Below are positions 1-9,766 of a stretch of 64,000 bases of DNA, piece after piece. The stretch lies in IMG/VR virus record IMGVR_UViG_3300020411_000002; one strand, written 5' to 3'. The notes beneath the pieces were generated by a model. That model saw nothing but the letters and a program-made list of their open reading frames with translations, ran no database searches and was not told where the DNA came from. The translations under genes were made by a program, and so were the position numbers. Every line of letters begins with the position of its first letter. Positions within the stretch are counted from its first letter, which is position 1. This DNA is from a virus (Duplodnaviria > Caudoviricetes).

Positions 1-1
1 A

Positions 2-1873
2 GTGAACTACATTCCAAACTATGTTCCAAGTGAAATACTTCCAGACCTAACTAGCCCTGATGTGACTGGAATATTTAGCTCTTCTATAAAAGAGTTGTTC
101 GAAGTAGCAGTATCTATGGGTATAACATCTTCTCTTGCACTGGATTCAAAAGCGGCGCAAATTGCTTTTATATGTGACTACGCCGAAGAGCATGAAGAGT
201 TTGATTTAATAATTAAGCCTATGCTGTCACCTACGTATCTTACTAACAGTTATGCAAAAGTTAGATTTGACAACATATCAAGCACTTTGGTTTCTTTGTG
301 TTCTGGTTATCTACCTATAAACCCAGACGCTGAGCGATATGATAGTATTCCACAAAGTAAAAAGCCGGGCTACTTAATAGGCTTTATAGTACAGCTTTAC
401 TTACTGCGTATCTTGTTAAAGACTTTATTTAAAGAAGTTGAAGCTACATCAGGTCTATCCTTAGATGACTTTACGCTTAATGAACTTCATAAACTACTAT
501 TTTGTATAGTAACTACGTTCAAAATATACAAAGGCGACCCTGATGACTTAGTGTGGACTTACGGTACTATGCTAGACAAGACACTTGAACATTTTTCAGT
601 AGACGTGCCTTCGCAAATTGATGATGCTGCATTGCGATCTTTTTTGAAAGAGTCAGAATACTACTCGATTGAAGACATGGAGCAGGTGTTTGCTGATGAA
701 GTATTTGAGCCTGATCTTGATTGTGTTATATATTACTTTAAGAGCAGACCTGATTGTGATTTTCACGGCTACTTGGATAAAGTTATTCCTAAGTGGACTG
801 ACGAGAACCCACCGACTGACGAACAATATGCAGAGTTAGGCGGAATTACGGTGGTTCTTGATAATGAAGAGGCGTTTGAGGATTTAGATATGAACTTAGA
901 GCGTGAAAGACTAATCACCTCTATATGCTATACGTTTGATTATATTCCTATTGCTGCTGTTAAGCATTTAGGGTTCACCCCTTTAAGAGAACTTTATCAC
1001 TATTCTACATCGGGGATGCGTACTTTAGATTTGGATTACATTCTAGTTTCAAGGCTTGAGTCTATTGGATATGAAAAAAATTATTTAATGGAAATGTCTC
1101 AACAGGAGCTTATAGAACTGTACATTGAGTATCTTAATAGTGAGGGTTCAGAAGTTCTTCCGAAAGACTTTAATATTAAGAAAGTTCGAAAGTTCATTCG
1201 CAAAAACTCGTTCATTGAAAAAGAGATTTTAGACAGACTAGAACCTCTTCCAATCTATGCTATGTTCGATACTTTGCAGAGTATTAAAAAGCTAGCGAAT
1301 AAGATCGCGAAGAAACCTAGAACCCAAAGCAAAGTTGTAGATAAGATTTTGGATTACTACGAGAAGAATATACAATCCGTTGACTCCTCAATATGTTCTT
1401 ACTTGATGCATTTGATGGTTGTTAAAAGTCGTCAAATGTCGGTTAATATAGATCAAGCTAACTTTGATAAGTGCAATGAAGTGAGCTTTGAAGATTTACA
1501 AAAACCGATAGAAGCTCTAAGTATAGATTATTGTACTACTTGGGTTCAGCCTGACGAGTTTGTTGATTTTGTTTTGGATATGCTGGATAGAATGGGTTAT
1601 GACTCTTTACCTAACGAAGATGAAGAAGCCGACGACGATGACGAACTTCTTACTTTCAGTCATGTTTGTGCTAAAGCCGATATTCCTCAGGACAGCTTTG
1701 ATTATAAGACTAATGAAAAGTTAAAGCGAAAGCTTGCAAAGTCTATTAGAAACTACATAGCATTCCTGCGCGATTCGAATCGTTTTATTTCAGATGTGGA
1801 GCTTGCGGAAGCTGACCTTAATAAATTCAGCAATGACGAATTATTAGAGTTCTTTGAGTTTGACCTAAGTTAA
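2..1873 (+). CDS. Large hypothetical protein, possibly 5'-truncated by the window edge
   Basis: 623-aa ORF open from base 2; acidic; short helical motifs LMEMSQQELIELY and LNKFSNDELLEFF. Confidence 0.8.
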   Translation: MNYIPNYVPSEILPDLTSPDVTGIFSSSIKELFEVAVSMGITSSLALDSKAAQIAFICDYAEEHEEFDLIIKPMLSPTYLTNSYAKVRFDNISSTLVSLCSGYLPINPDAERYDSIPQSKKPGYLIGFIVQLYLLRILLKTLFKEVEATSGLSLDDFTLNELHKLLFCIVTTFKIYKGDPDDLVWTYGTMLDKTLEHFSVDVPSQIDDAALRSFLKESEYYSIEDMEQVFADEVFEPDLDCVIYYFKSRPDCDFHGYLDKVIPKWTDENPPTDEQYAELGGITVVLDNEEAFEDLDMNLERERLITSICYTFDYIPIAAVKHLGFTPLRELYHYSTSGMRTLDLDYILVSRLESIGYEKNYLMEMSQQELIELYIEYLNSEGSEVLPKDFNIKKVRKFIRKNSFIEKEILDRLEPLPIYAMFDTLQSIKKLANKIAKKPRTQSKVVDKILDYYEKNIQSVDSSICSYLMHLMVVKSRQMSVNIDQANFDKCNEVSFEDLQKPIEALSIDYCTTWVQPDEFVDFVLDMLDRMGYDSLPNEDEEADDDDELLTFSHVCAKADIPQDSFDYKTNEKLKRKLAKSIRNYIAFLRDSNRFISDVELAEADLNKFSNDELLEFFEFDLS

Positions 1874-1883
1874 GTTCCCCCTT

Positions 1884-1944
1884 GACCTGCTACCGTTTCT
1901 TTTTCGCAAGCTCTTTGTTTGCATCTTTGGTAGCAGGTCTTTTT
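1884..1944 (+). terminator. Intrinsic terminator-like hairpin with a long structured loop
   Basis: GACCTGCTACC (1884-1894) / GGTAGCAGGTC (1929-1939) 11-bp inverted repeat followed by TTTTT, just after a stop codon. Confidence 0.65.
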
Positions 1945-1970
1945 ACTAGATTCTATTATCGGAAATAAAA

Positions 1971-2396
1971 ATGAAAGACTTTGATTTAAAGAAATTAATT
2001 GTAGATAACCTTGACGACCTGCATGAGTCTGTTCGAACTTCTGTTATTACTATGGTTGACGCAAAATGCGACATTGGAAGTATTTTTAAATACGAATCCA
2101 AAGCGTATAGAGTGACCTCTTTTAATGACGGGCACCTTACAGCAACTACTTTGTCAGGTCAGCATACGATAAAATTAAATGAAGAAGAGGCTTTGTCGGT
2201 TTCACCTTCTTTATATCCAGAAAAACTTTATAAGACTCCGCTTTCCTCTGAATTCGTTAGAACTTACAAACAGCTTTTGCAGCATTCAGATAAAATGAAC
2301 AAGCTGGATGCTATGCAAAATAATATAGACATAGGAAAAAAGAGAACGGGTGAAGCTATAGAATACTTGGTTGAAAGAACTCAGGCAATACTTTAA
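1971..2396 (+). CDS. Hypothetical protein
   Basis: 141-aa ORF, GGAAA SD-like site upstream. Confidence 0.75.
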   Translation: MKDFDLKKLIVDNLDDLHESVRTSVITMVDAKCDIGSIFKYESKAYRVTSFNDGHLTATTLSGQHTIKLNEEEALSVSPSLYPEKLYKTPLSSEFVRTYKQLLQHSDKMNKLDAMQNNIDIGKKRTGEAIEYLVERTQAIL

Positions 2397-2458
2397 TACT
2401 TTTCTCTATTCCATAATAATGTAAACAGAATACATAAGTTATATAGCATGAGAATTGC

Positions 2459-2776
2459 ATGGAGAAAAAACCTGAAGTTAAAGTTCATAAGCAAAAGTCC
2501 GTTTTAAAGTTCCTACGAAGACGCTTTTGGATTTTTTGTATTGAACAAGGTGTATACGAGGTTGGACTCTCTTCTTTAACTTGGTCATGTTCTAAGATAA
2601 GTAAAGTAATCGAGTATGCCACAAAGAGCGAGTACACCAATCTAATAGTATTAGACACAAAGACAGGCAACTATTTATCTGTTGATGAAAATATGAAAGT
2701 GATTCAATTATCTCTTGCCGACATAATACGAAAGAATCAAAAAGAGTTTGAAGTACTTCATAAAAAGTTTAACTAG
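2459..2776 (+). CDS. Hypothetical protein
   Basis: 105-aa ORF in the + strand gene run. Confidence 0.65.
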   Translation: MEKKPEVKVHKQKSVLKFLRRRFWIFCIEQGVYEVGLSSLTWSCSKISKVIEYATKSEYTNLIVLDTKTGNYLSVDENMKVIQLSLADIIRKNQKEFEVLHKKFN

Positions 2777-2859
2777 TTTTACCCAATACGCACACTACTC
2801 TCGTGTCAGACCTCTCCCAAAGGTTAGCGTATTGGGTTTTTTACTTTGAGGAAGAAAAG

Positions 2860-3549
2860 ATGGTACTGTTAAAACTAAATGAACATGAGACTATCGGTGT
2901 TAAAAATGATTACCAGTTGCGTGAGTGCAGTTTTGCTATAGCAGGTATGAATTCGGTTCACTACGATATACACTATGTACCAGTCGTTAGAGGTACTAAA
3001 GTTGTTAAATCGCGAATCGCCTGTCCAGGTGAAGGGTGCAAGTATTGTGAAGTTCAAAAGCAAGTTAAAAACGAAAAGAAAGGAAAGTCCTTTGAAGAAA
3101 TTGCAAAGCTTTCTTTAGACACACGAGCTGTTACTCATACTTTGAATATGCATCTTGTTCAAGTGTTTCAAGATAACGACACCGAGCAGCCTTTTTACGC
3201 TGTTGCACATGTTCCAGTCTATCTTGCTGTAAGTTTGTTGAAAGAATTAGGTATTGACCGCTCTAGCTCTAAATACTACTTTCCTGCAAATTTAGGTGAA
3301 GAGTTGCGACATAATCTTTTTCATCTTGTTTATGAAGATATTAAGCCTATGCGTAGGTGCAGTCTGGGCTCAGTATCGCGAGACTTTACCGGTGTGGAAA
3401 TGGTTTCTTCCACTTGGTCTGACTCTTATAAAGAGTACGTGAAAAACCGTACTAGTGTCGAAGCAGTTGATATTATATTTGCAGAAGCGCAAGCTAAGTT
3501 AACTGAGCTAGCAGAGAAAGACCCAAAGTATAAAAGGTACATTGCATAA
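2860..3549 (+). CDS. Zn-binding protein, possibly gp32-like single-stranded DNA-binding fold
   Basis: ATG at 2860 after GAGGAAG; HY...CPGEGCKYCE motif followed by beta-rich segment; ORF track starts at GTG 2803. Confidence 0.35.
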   Translation: MVLLKLNEHETIGVKNDYQLRECSFAIAGMNSVHYDIHYVPVVRGTKVVKSRIACPGEGCKYCEVQKQVKNEKKGKSFEEIAKLSLDTRAVTHTLNMHLVQVFQDNDTEQPFYAVAHVPVYLAVSLLKELGIDRSSSKYYFPANLGEELRHNLFHLVYEDIKPMRRCSLGSVSRDFTGVEMVSSTWSDSYKEYVKNRTSVEAVDIIFAEAQAKLTELAEKDPKYKRYIA

Positions 3550-3923
3550 TGGATATGTTTTATAGCTTTATCAATTCGCTTGCAGCTTTTATAGGGTTTG
3601 CCGTTCTATTTCTAGGTAGTGCCTACGTTGCGTACACTTTCTTGATAGAGTTTTTGATTCGTCACATTGTTATATCAATAACGTACTTTGTGTTTGTTGT
3701 TAAGATTGAAAACATTTACGGTAAAGGAACTGCTATACGCCCTGGGTTTATTAAGAAGTATCCAAAGACTTATTATGTTCGTGTATTTTTTATGAGAATG
3801 TTTTCAAAGAACAAACTGCGTAACTACTCTACTACCTTAGATTCCCCTTACGGAACTTTTAGTACGCATACGTTTATACCTAGATTTAAAATAAGAGGAA
3901 AATTCGTAGATGAAAAAGAATGA
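3549..3923 (+). CDS. Hypothetical membrane protein
   Basis: Two N-terminal hydrophobic segments; TAATG overlap with the upstream stop. Confidence 0.7.
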   Translation: MDMFYSFINSLAAFIGFAVLFLGSAYVAYTFLIEFLIRHIVISITYFVFVVKIENIYGKGTAIRPGFIKKYPKTYYVRVFFMRMFSKNKLRNYSTTLDSPYGTFSTHTFIPRFKIRGKFVDEKE

Positions 3924-4545
3924 CCTACCACCTAATATAATAAATGCGATTAAAGCGATAGACAAGTACATCAGCTTAGACGAATTCAAGTACACTATTG
4001 AAAGCTTGAAAAAGGCATTGCAAAATCTTGAATCTACGATTTACGCTTTAGACAGTTACGTAAATAAAAAAGACTTTCAGTGGGCTGCAAGTAGAGAACA
4101 GTCCTTGAATCACGGCATCGATGCATACATTGAAGCTACTTCAAAGTTTGTATCTTTTAATTCGAAAGTCCCATACGAATTGGTTTATGAAGAACTAGAA
4201 AAACAAAAGCAACACGTTCTAGACTCTAAACCTATCTACGATATTATTCAGCACTTGATAGACTTGAAGAATATTCCGTCTACTGGATTATGTATTATTC
4301 CGCATAGAGCCTTTCGTTATCCTGTAAAAGATATATACCGTTTATGGGTAGCGTATCCAGAGTTCAAGTACGGTGATGTTCCAGAGCATAGGCGAAATGC
4401 TTTCTTGGAAGATAAAGGTCACGACTGGAATTTATCTGGAAAAGGAATATCGTATTCTGGCATCTTACGCAACTATGGTGAGGACTCTAGAGGCAATGGT
4501 AGAATACTCGTTGAATACAAAGTCGAAAGAAAGACGAAAAAGTGA
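3910..4545 (+). CDS. Hypothetical protein
   Basis: 211-aa ORF overlapping the upstream gene; GAGGA SD. Confidence 0.75.
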   Translation: MKKNDLPPNIINAIKAIDKYISLDEFKYTIESLKKALQNLESTIYALDSYVNKKDFQWAASREQSLNHGIDAYIEATSKFVSFNSKVPYELVYEELEKQKQHVLDSKPIYDIIQHLIDLKNIPSTGLCIIPHRAFRYPVKDIYRLWVAYPEFKYGDVPEHRRNAFLEDKGHDWNLSGKGISYSGILRNYGEDSRGNGRILVEYKVERKTKK

Positions 4546-4557
4546 TTTGGGCAGGTT

Positions 4558-4689
4558 ATGAAGTTAGTAAACGTATTCGTTAATTGGTACTCGTTGCCTG
4601 TAGACCCAATGTGTTGGTACGATATAAGAACGTTTCTTGGTAAGTGTTTTGCTTGGTTTGTTCTTGCATTGATTAACTATTTTATCTAG
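4558..4689 (+). CDS. Small hydrophobic protein (43 aa), not in the ORF track
   Basis: ATG 4558 to TAG 4689: MKLVNVFVNWYSLPVDPMCWYDIRTFLGKCFAWFVLALINYFI; fills the gap between genes. Confidence 0.5.
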   Translation: MKLVNVFVNWYSLPVDPMCWYDIRTFLGKCFAWFVLALINYFI

Positions 4690-4697
4690 GAGAAGCT

Positions 4698-5213
4698 ATG
4701 CCTCATAAAGTACATGGATCTGTAGAGTTTGAAAATCCTATGGGTCGTTACAAGAAAAGCTTGTGTCCAGACAACTGTGACCCATCTTATTTCAAAGACA
4801 GCATTGCGCGTCATGCAATAAGACAGGAATTAGAAAGCTGGCTACAGAACGGCTGTAACGGTTTCTTTCTTATCAAAGAAGAAGGCTATCCACACCAACT
4901 TCCGAACAGTCCTAATCGCTTAGGTTTGGATTGGTTATTCGTAGAGATTGATTTCTCTAATATGCGCGAGATAATGAAATTCGTCGGACTGACTAATAAG
5001 AAAGCTGATGAAGAAATGAATTTCTTTATAGGTGGAGATTCTTTTATCTTTACTGATGTGAACGGGAGCGATGTTGAGCTAGGTCCTGAAACTGATTGGA
5101 AGTCAGGTCAATGCTTTGTGATGAAGAACGAGCAAGGATGCTACATGCTTTCTTTGCAGATGTTCAAAAATATATTTGGGGACTATGATGGGACTAAGAA
5201 GACTACTGCGTGA
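4698..5213 (+). CDS. Hypothetical protein
   Basis: 171-aa ORF, AGGAG SD. Confidence 0.8.
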   Translation: MPHKVHGSVEFENPMGRYKKSLCPDNCDPSYFKDSIARHAIRQELESWLQNGCNGFFLIKEEGYPHQLPNSPNRLGLDWLFVEIDFSNMREIMKFVGLTNKKADEEMNFFIGGDSFIFTDVNGSDVELGPETDWKSGQCFVMKNEQGCYMLSLQMFKNIFGDYDGTKKTTA

Positions 5214-5415
5214 AGAGCGTGAGTTAGAAGAAGATGCAGACCATTACAACTACCAGATAAATGATTGTGATGATGACTCACTGGAAACTCTTGAAAGCGC
5301 ACGAGAGGTTGACCGCAAGCTTCTCAAAGTAAGACAACGAATAGTTAATTCTATGAAAAGTAATCTGGAAAGGCGTGAAGACTGGTTACGTAAACACGCT
5401 AAGGAAACAAAATGA
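5176..5415 (+). CDS. Hypothetical coiled-coil protein (start uncertain)
   Basis: 79-aa charged ORF coupled to its neighbours by overlaps. Confidence 0.6.
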   Translation: MGTMMGLRRLLREERELEEDADHYNYQINDCDDDSLETLESAREVDRKLLKVRQRIVNSMKSNLERREDWLRKHAKETK

Positions 5416-5648
5416 TTATATTCAAGTTGCCTTTTATTTTAATGTGTATGTTGCTTGCTCTGATTTATACGATATTCAAAATCGTAATAATAACTTTATT
5501 TGTATGCCTGTTCATTTGGTTTACGGAATCAGGTCCGAATAGCTCTAGAATATATGAAGACGTATCTTTTTCGAAAGACTACAATCGCATTAAAGACATT
5601 TTTAAATCTATGTACAATTGGATTAGAGAAGAGGTTAAATCAATATGA
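5412..5648 (+). CDS. Hypothetical membrane protein
   Basis: Hydrophobic N-terminal half; ATGA overlap. Confidence 0.65.
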   Translation: MIIFKLPFILMCMLLALIYTIFKIVIITLFVCLFIWFTESGPNSSRIYEDVSFSKDYNRIKDIFKSMYNWIREEVKSI

Positions 5649-6130
5649 AATTTGCTCAAGGAAATAAATGGTTAAACAACGGTAACGGGTATTCACAAGA
5701 CGAACTTCGTGAATTGATTGCCCAAAGCGAGAAAGCTGAGTGCAGTATGGATGAAGTTTTAGCAGGTGGTGACGAGGCTGCGTCCAAAGAAATTATTGCA
5801 TCTTTGCTAGATAGAATCGCTGAACTTGAAGCATCAGGTCCGAATAAGATTGAAACTGCTGATTACCACACTATTACTTGGACAATAGCTACAGACAAGA
5901 AAACTCCGCAAGCAGGTGAACAGGCAGTTAGTTTGCTAGTGACTGCTGTAGAAAACGCTTACGCCAAGTACTTCAAATCAAGCATGTTTGAAAAGCTCTT
6001 AAAGAAAGGTCGCTATTGCGGTGTAGTTAATACAATTCAGTTAGATTCTCCAACAATTGAAGACGGTGAGTTTAGAGGAATCTACGATAACTTGATTCTA
6101 TCTGATGTTAAGAACAGAGACATACTGTGA
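5645..6130 (+). CDS. Hypothetical protein
   Basis: 161-aa ORF; ATGA overlap; GAGG SD. Confidence 0.75.
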   Translation: MKFAQGNKWLNNGNGYSQDELRELIAQSEKAECSMDEVLAGGDEAASKEIIASLLDRIAELEASGPNKIETADYHTITWTIATDKKTPQAGEQAVSLLVTAVENAYAKYFKSSMFEKLLKKGRYCGVVNTIQLDSPTIEDGEFRGIYDNLILSDVKNRDIL

Positions 6131-6618
6131 TAGTGTGTGGTACAGGCCATCGACCTGAAAAGATCGGTGGCTATTCGTACTCCGCGTTTAGAAAGCTAGT
6201 TGACTTTGCTAAACCTCATTTAGAAAATCATGACCCTGACGAAGTTATAAGTGGAACAGCTTTGGGTTGGGATATGGTTTTACTTGTAGCTGCACTAGAA
6301 CTTGGATTGAACGTTCACGCTGCAATACCTTTTAATACATTTGGGAGTCAGTGGGGTCTAGAAACAAAGCGCTGGTGGAATGAACACATAGAGCAATGTA
6401 ATAATGTTACTATAGTTACTGATTTAGATGATGAACCTAAACGCTTTGAGGTTCTAAACGCTTTAAATACTCGTAATAAATTTATGGTAGATAGAAGCAA
6501 TAGAGTAATGGCATTATGGAACGGCACTAGCGGTGGTACTGCGAATACTGTACACTATGCAGAAAGCGTTAGAAAAACCGTAGACAACTACTGGTATTTT
6601 TGGGAAAGATATGGTTGA
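6127..6618 (+). CDS. SLOG-superfamily protein (YspA/DUF1273-like)
   Basis: Motifs CGTGHRP, ISGTALGWD, AAIPF, RNKFMVDRS, LWNGTSGGTANTV. Confidence 0.8.
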   Translation: MIVCGTGHRPEKIGGYSYSAFRKLVDFAKPHLENHDPDEVISGTALGWDMVLLVAALELGLNVHAAIPFNTFGSQWGLETKRWWNEHIEQCNNVTIVTDLDDEPKRFEVLNALNTRNKFMVDRSNRVMALWNGTSGGTANTVHYAESVRKTVDNYWYFWERYG

Positions 6619-7162
6619 ACAACTAGAGTTTACATTAGGTGAAAAGATTACTAGTGTTAATGGAAATAGATATCCGGCAGAGTCTATTTCTCCTTTTTCA
6701 TTCGTACAGAATCCGACTGGTAATAGACACTTCAAAAAGAACATGTTTGTTCTAGATAAAGTCCTTACCGACAGGTCATGTACTTTAACTGTGGCTTCAT
6801 CAGTTCCTTTGGATTTAGATTACTCGGAACACGAAAGACTTTATTCAATGTCCAGTCCTACTGAACCTACCGAACTGTCTATTGATGCTTACTTGTATTC
6901 TCAAGGGTGTAAGATACATAAAGTAGAACCCGTTATTGCTAAACCTGTACACACTGACTGTAAATGTTGTGGTCATCCATTCATAGAAGGTGAAGAGATA
7001 TTTAAGCTTTATATAATGTCGAATCCAGTAAATTCAAATTTTCGATTTATACGAAAGCCCGTTCAGCCTAGAGAAGTAAATATATCCATCCACCGCAATC
7101 CAAAGCAATGCAAATCTGGAATTGCATTTATACGAAAACTTATTAGGAGTCAAAATTTATGA
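6611..7162 (+). CDS. Hypothetical protein with possible Zn-binding motif
   Basis: CKCCGHPF...HRNPKQC in the C-terminal half. Confidence 0.65.
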   Translation: MVEQLEFTLGEKITSVNGNRYPAESISPFSFVQNPTGNRHFKKNMFVLDKVLTDRSCTLTVASSVPLDLDYSEHERLYSMSSPTEPTELSIDAYLYSQGCKIHKVEPVIAKPVHTDCKCCGHPFIEGEEIFKLYIMSNPVNSNFRFIRKPVQPREVNISIHRNPKQCKSGIAFIRKLIRSQNL

Positions 7163-7791
7163 GACTAAACTACGAACAAGCAGTAGAAATAATCCACCCT
7201 AAGTACAAAGAGCCGTGGAGAGTTTATCACACTTGGGAACACATAGACGACGGTTTCACCCATATCGAAGAATTTGTAGACGGCGAAGTAGATGCAGATA
7301 TTTTCGATTCACTTAATCGCAACTTGAATCTTTTCAATCTAGCTTGGATGATGCATGACTGTGTTTATGTGCCTAAGAATCCGTACAATGAACTTGCTAG
7401 CGCAATGACTTTGCCTGTAGTTGCAAAGCATCTTGATTATTCTGTTGCAGATTGGGAACTAGACTTAGGTCACAAGCTTATCATGTGTACCAAAAACCAT
7501 TTGCCTAACGAAGACGGTTCTGAGGACTTACACCGTCTATCTAAGTTAATGTGCGATATAGATTTGGCAGGCTTCTCTACTCAGCACGAGAAGAACAAGC
7601 GCAATGTTTACGAAGAGTTTAAAGGTTTCTTGCAGTTGCCAGACTTTGACGAGCAGTGGCGAAAAGGTCAGACTGCTTTCTTACAAAGCCTATTAGACCG
7701 AAAGCGCATCTTTCACACTGAGTACTTCCATAGTATCCACGAAGAGAATGCCCGTAAAAATATTCAAAGCGAGATAGACAGCTACAAGTAA
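7159..7791 (+). CDS. HD-superfamily metal-dependent phosphohydrolase (COG4339-like)
   Basis: RVYHTWEH, WMMHDCVY (HD), NELASA, CDIDLAG motifs. Confidence 0.8.
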   Translation: MRLNYEQAVEIIHPKYKEPWRVYHTWEHIDDGFTHIEEFVDGEVDADIFDSLNRNLNLFNLAWMMHDCVYVPKNPYNELASAMTLPVVAKHLDYSVADWELDLGHKLIMCTKNHLPNEDGSEDLHRLSKLMCDIDLAGFSTQHEKNKRNVYEEFKGFLQLPDFDEQWRKGQTAFLQSLLDRKRIFHTEYFHSIHEENARKNIQSEIDSYK

Positions 7792-7798
7792 AATATAA

Positions 7799-7842
7799 CG
7801 GGACAAAAGACAAAAGTTTCGTACTGTAAATTGTGCTATAAT
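7799..7842 (+). promoter_or_regulatory. Motif-A promoter: CGGGACAAAA plus extended -10
   Basis: CGGGACAAAA 7799-7808, 28-nt gap, TGcTATAAT with hexamer 7837-7842, upstream of ORF 7871. Confidence 0.7.
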
Positions 7843-7870
7843 ATATTTTTAAATTTAAGGTTACATTATT

Positions 7871-8314
7871 ATGATATATCAAAAAGAAGAAATTAAGTTA
7901 GGTGATGACGGCAATACCGCTTTTGCAACTGTCGGTAAGATAAATGCATTGATTACAGTATCTGCCGCATTAAGCTATGAGGATATAGCGTGTATATTTA
8001 TGAATAGCTTCTTCCTTAGTAAATACTTAGATGGGCAGGTGGAAGATTTTTCCACTATAAACACAGAAAGAGCTATACGTGATATATGCCAAAGTGAAAA
8101 AACCCTGTTTGAGTTTATACAGGACAACCATGTAACTACCCATAGCGTAAACTCATGTATATCTAATTTTGACGTTGAAGATACTCTTAAATATCTTAAA
8201 GAAGATTACGCTATTTTAAATGATTCACAGAAGAATCAAATTGATAGGATATATAGGGATAGTGTGAAACATTTTTCCACGTATGGAAGTAAGTTTGTAT
8301 ATAATAAAAGTTGA
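7871..8314 (+). CDS. Hypothetical protein
   Basis: 147-aa ORF downstream of a motif-A promoter. Confidence 0.7.
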   Translation: MIYQKEEIKLGDDGNTAFATVGKINALITVSAALSYEDIACIFMNSFFLSKYLDGQVEDFSTINTERAIRDICQSEKTLFEFIQDNHVTTHSVNSCISNFDVEDTLKYLKEDYAILNDSQKNQIDRIYRDSVKHFSTYGSKFVYNKS

Positions 8315-8322
8315 GGTGTTCT

Positions 8323-8826
8323 ATGCCACGTAAAGTAACCAAGACTATGCGCGAAGCCCGTAAACGTGCGGCTCAACAAAAAGCAGAAAGGCGTAAGTAT
8401 AAAGAAGCTTGTGACCAAGTTGATTTTAAATGGGGTTCTTGCACAGGTCGAATAGGTGATTCGACTTTGGAACTACATAATGTACGTGCCGGTGTTAGAG
8501 TTCAAAGGAAAGTAGCTAAAGCTAGACCTACTAAATCTGATTATGATTCTGTTTTTCTCGATATTGATTTTGGTAGCTTCGAAGAGTCTATGCTAGAGTC
8601 TGAGCCGAAAAAGCCTAAGACTACGACTGGTAGATTTTCTAGCAAGGCATTCTCACGTTGCAACATTCCGAAGACCATGAGTGAAGAAGAGTACAAAGCG
8701 CGTGAAGCTGCGGCAGCGTTAGAAATAGAACGCAAGAAGTCTTGTATTGCACCAGCCTACAATAAAGGTGCGTATCAATACATCGCTAGTCCAGAAGCTG
8801 CGAAAGATGCAGGTAAAAAACAATGA
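8323..8826 (+). CDS. Basic hypothetical protein with C-terminal APAYNKGAYQ motif
   Basis: ATG 8323 after GAGGTG; I recall the IAPAYNKGAYQYI motif from uncharacterised myovirus proteins (unverified). Confidence 0.7.
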   Translation: MPRKVTKTMREARKRAAQQKAERRKYKEACDQVDFKWGSCTGRIGDSTLELHNVRAGVRVQRKVAKARPTKSDYDSVFLDIDFGSFEESMLESEPKKPKTTTGRFSSKAFSRCNIPKTMSEEEYKAREAAAALEIERKKSCIAPAYNKGAYQYIASPEAAKDAGKKQ

Positions 8827-9296
8827 ACTTGATTGGTAATAAATTTGATAAGTTTGATCTTTTATATAGCATAGGGTCTGCTTTTCTATATGTCTGTTCG
8901 ACCGTGTTTACTTTTAACGGCTTTCTTGATTACTTAAAAGAAAACGTTTCGTACCTGTCTGTGCCTATAATGTACTTGATTGCTATAGCTTTTACTATTG
9001 CTATAGTAATTCCGTTCTCATATTGGCTGATAAGAATGCATAAGTCGAATAGATCGAAATCTGCCAAGGCGTCAGAGAATTATTTTCTGATGATGGAAAA
9101 GCTTTGCTTCAATAAATGTCCGTGCTGTAGGACTGAACTGGAAGTAAACGCAATTGGTTGTGATATTCGATTGTTCTGCACCTCTTGTGATTTTACTATC
9201 ATTATGGTAGGGTCTGTGCCGTTATACGAATCGACTGGAAAGAAAATAGTTGGACGTAAAAGTCTGCCTCATTACTTAATGGATAACTCTAAATGA
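8823..9296 (+). CDS. Membrane protein with C-terminal Zn ribbon
   Basis: Two TM-like segments, then CPCC...CTSC. Confidence 0.7.
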   Translation: MNLIGNKFDKFDLLYSIGSAFLYVCSTVFTFNGFLDYLKENVSYLSVPIMYLIAIAFTIAIVIPFSYWLIRMHKSNRSKSAKASENYFLMMEKLCFNKCPCCRTELEVNAIGCDIRLFCTSCDFTIIMVGSVPLYESTGKKIVGRKSLPHYLMDNSK

Positions 9297-9757
9297 ATCA
9301 TGTAAACGCTCTTTATTCTAATGTGCAACAAGCTGAAAATCTTTTTGTTGATTACATTAAAAGCCTGAATACACCCGTCGCTTATTTGTTCTTTGAGAAT
9401 GAAGAGCAAATTATGCAGGCTAGAGACCTTCTTATTAGAAGACAGATTAAAATACTAGGTGTTTCTGTAGATAGTCTTTTTATTAAAGTGCGTTTGACTA
9501 TGGAAGACGAAGCTCCGTATCTTATTAGTCGAGCCAACGTCTATTCAGCATTAACATCACGCGTACCTCCTGTTGACCCAAACATAGAGAAGTGCTATTC
9601 AATCTGTAAATCTGCTGGATACAATATAAGAATACATAGACCTATAAGTTCTATGCCTATGAACGAAAAGCGCAAGTTACATACTGCTTGCTTAATGCGA
9701 ATTGCACACGCACCTATACTTAATCATGCTCAGTGCATAGAAACCTTTTCTTATTAA
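9293..9757 (+). CDS. Hypothetical protein, paralog of 9767-10570
   Basis: Colinear similarity by eye (AENLFVDY/AEDLFITY; RIAHAPILNHAQC/RIAYGNLLDLEQC). Confidence 0.75.
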   Translation: MNHVNALYSNVQQAENLFVDYIKSLNTPVAYLFFENEEQIMQARDLLIRRQIKILGVSVDSLFIKVRLTMEDEAPYLISRANVYSALTSRVPPVDPNIEKCYSICKSAGYNIRIHRPISSMPMNEKRKLHTACLMRIAHAPILNHAQCIETFSY

Positions 9758-9766
9758 GGAATAATA

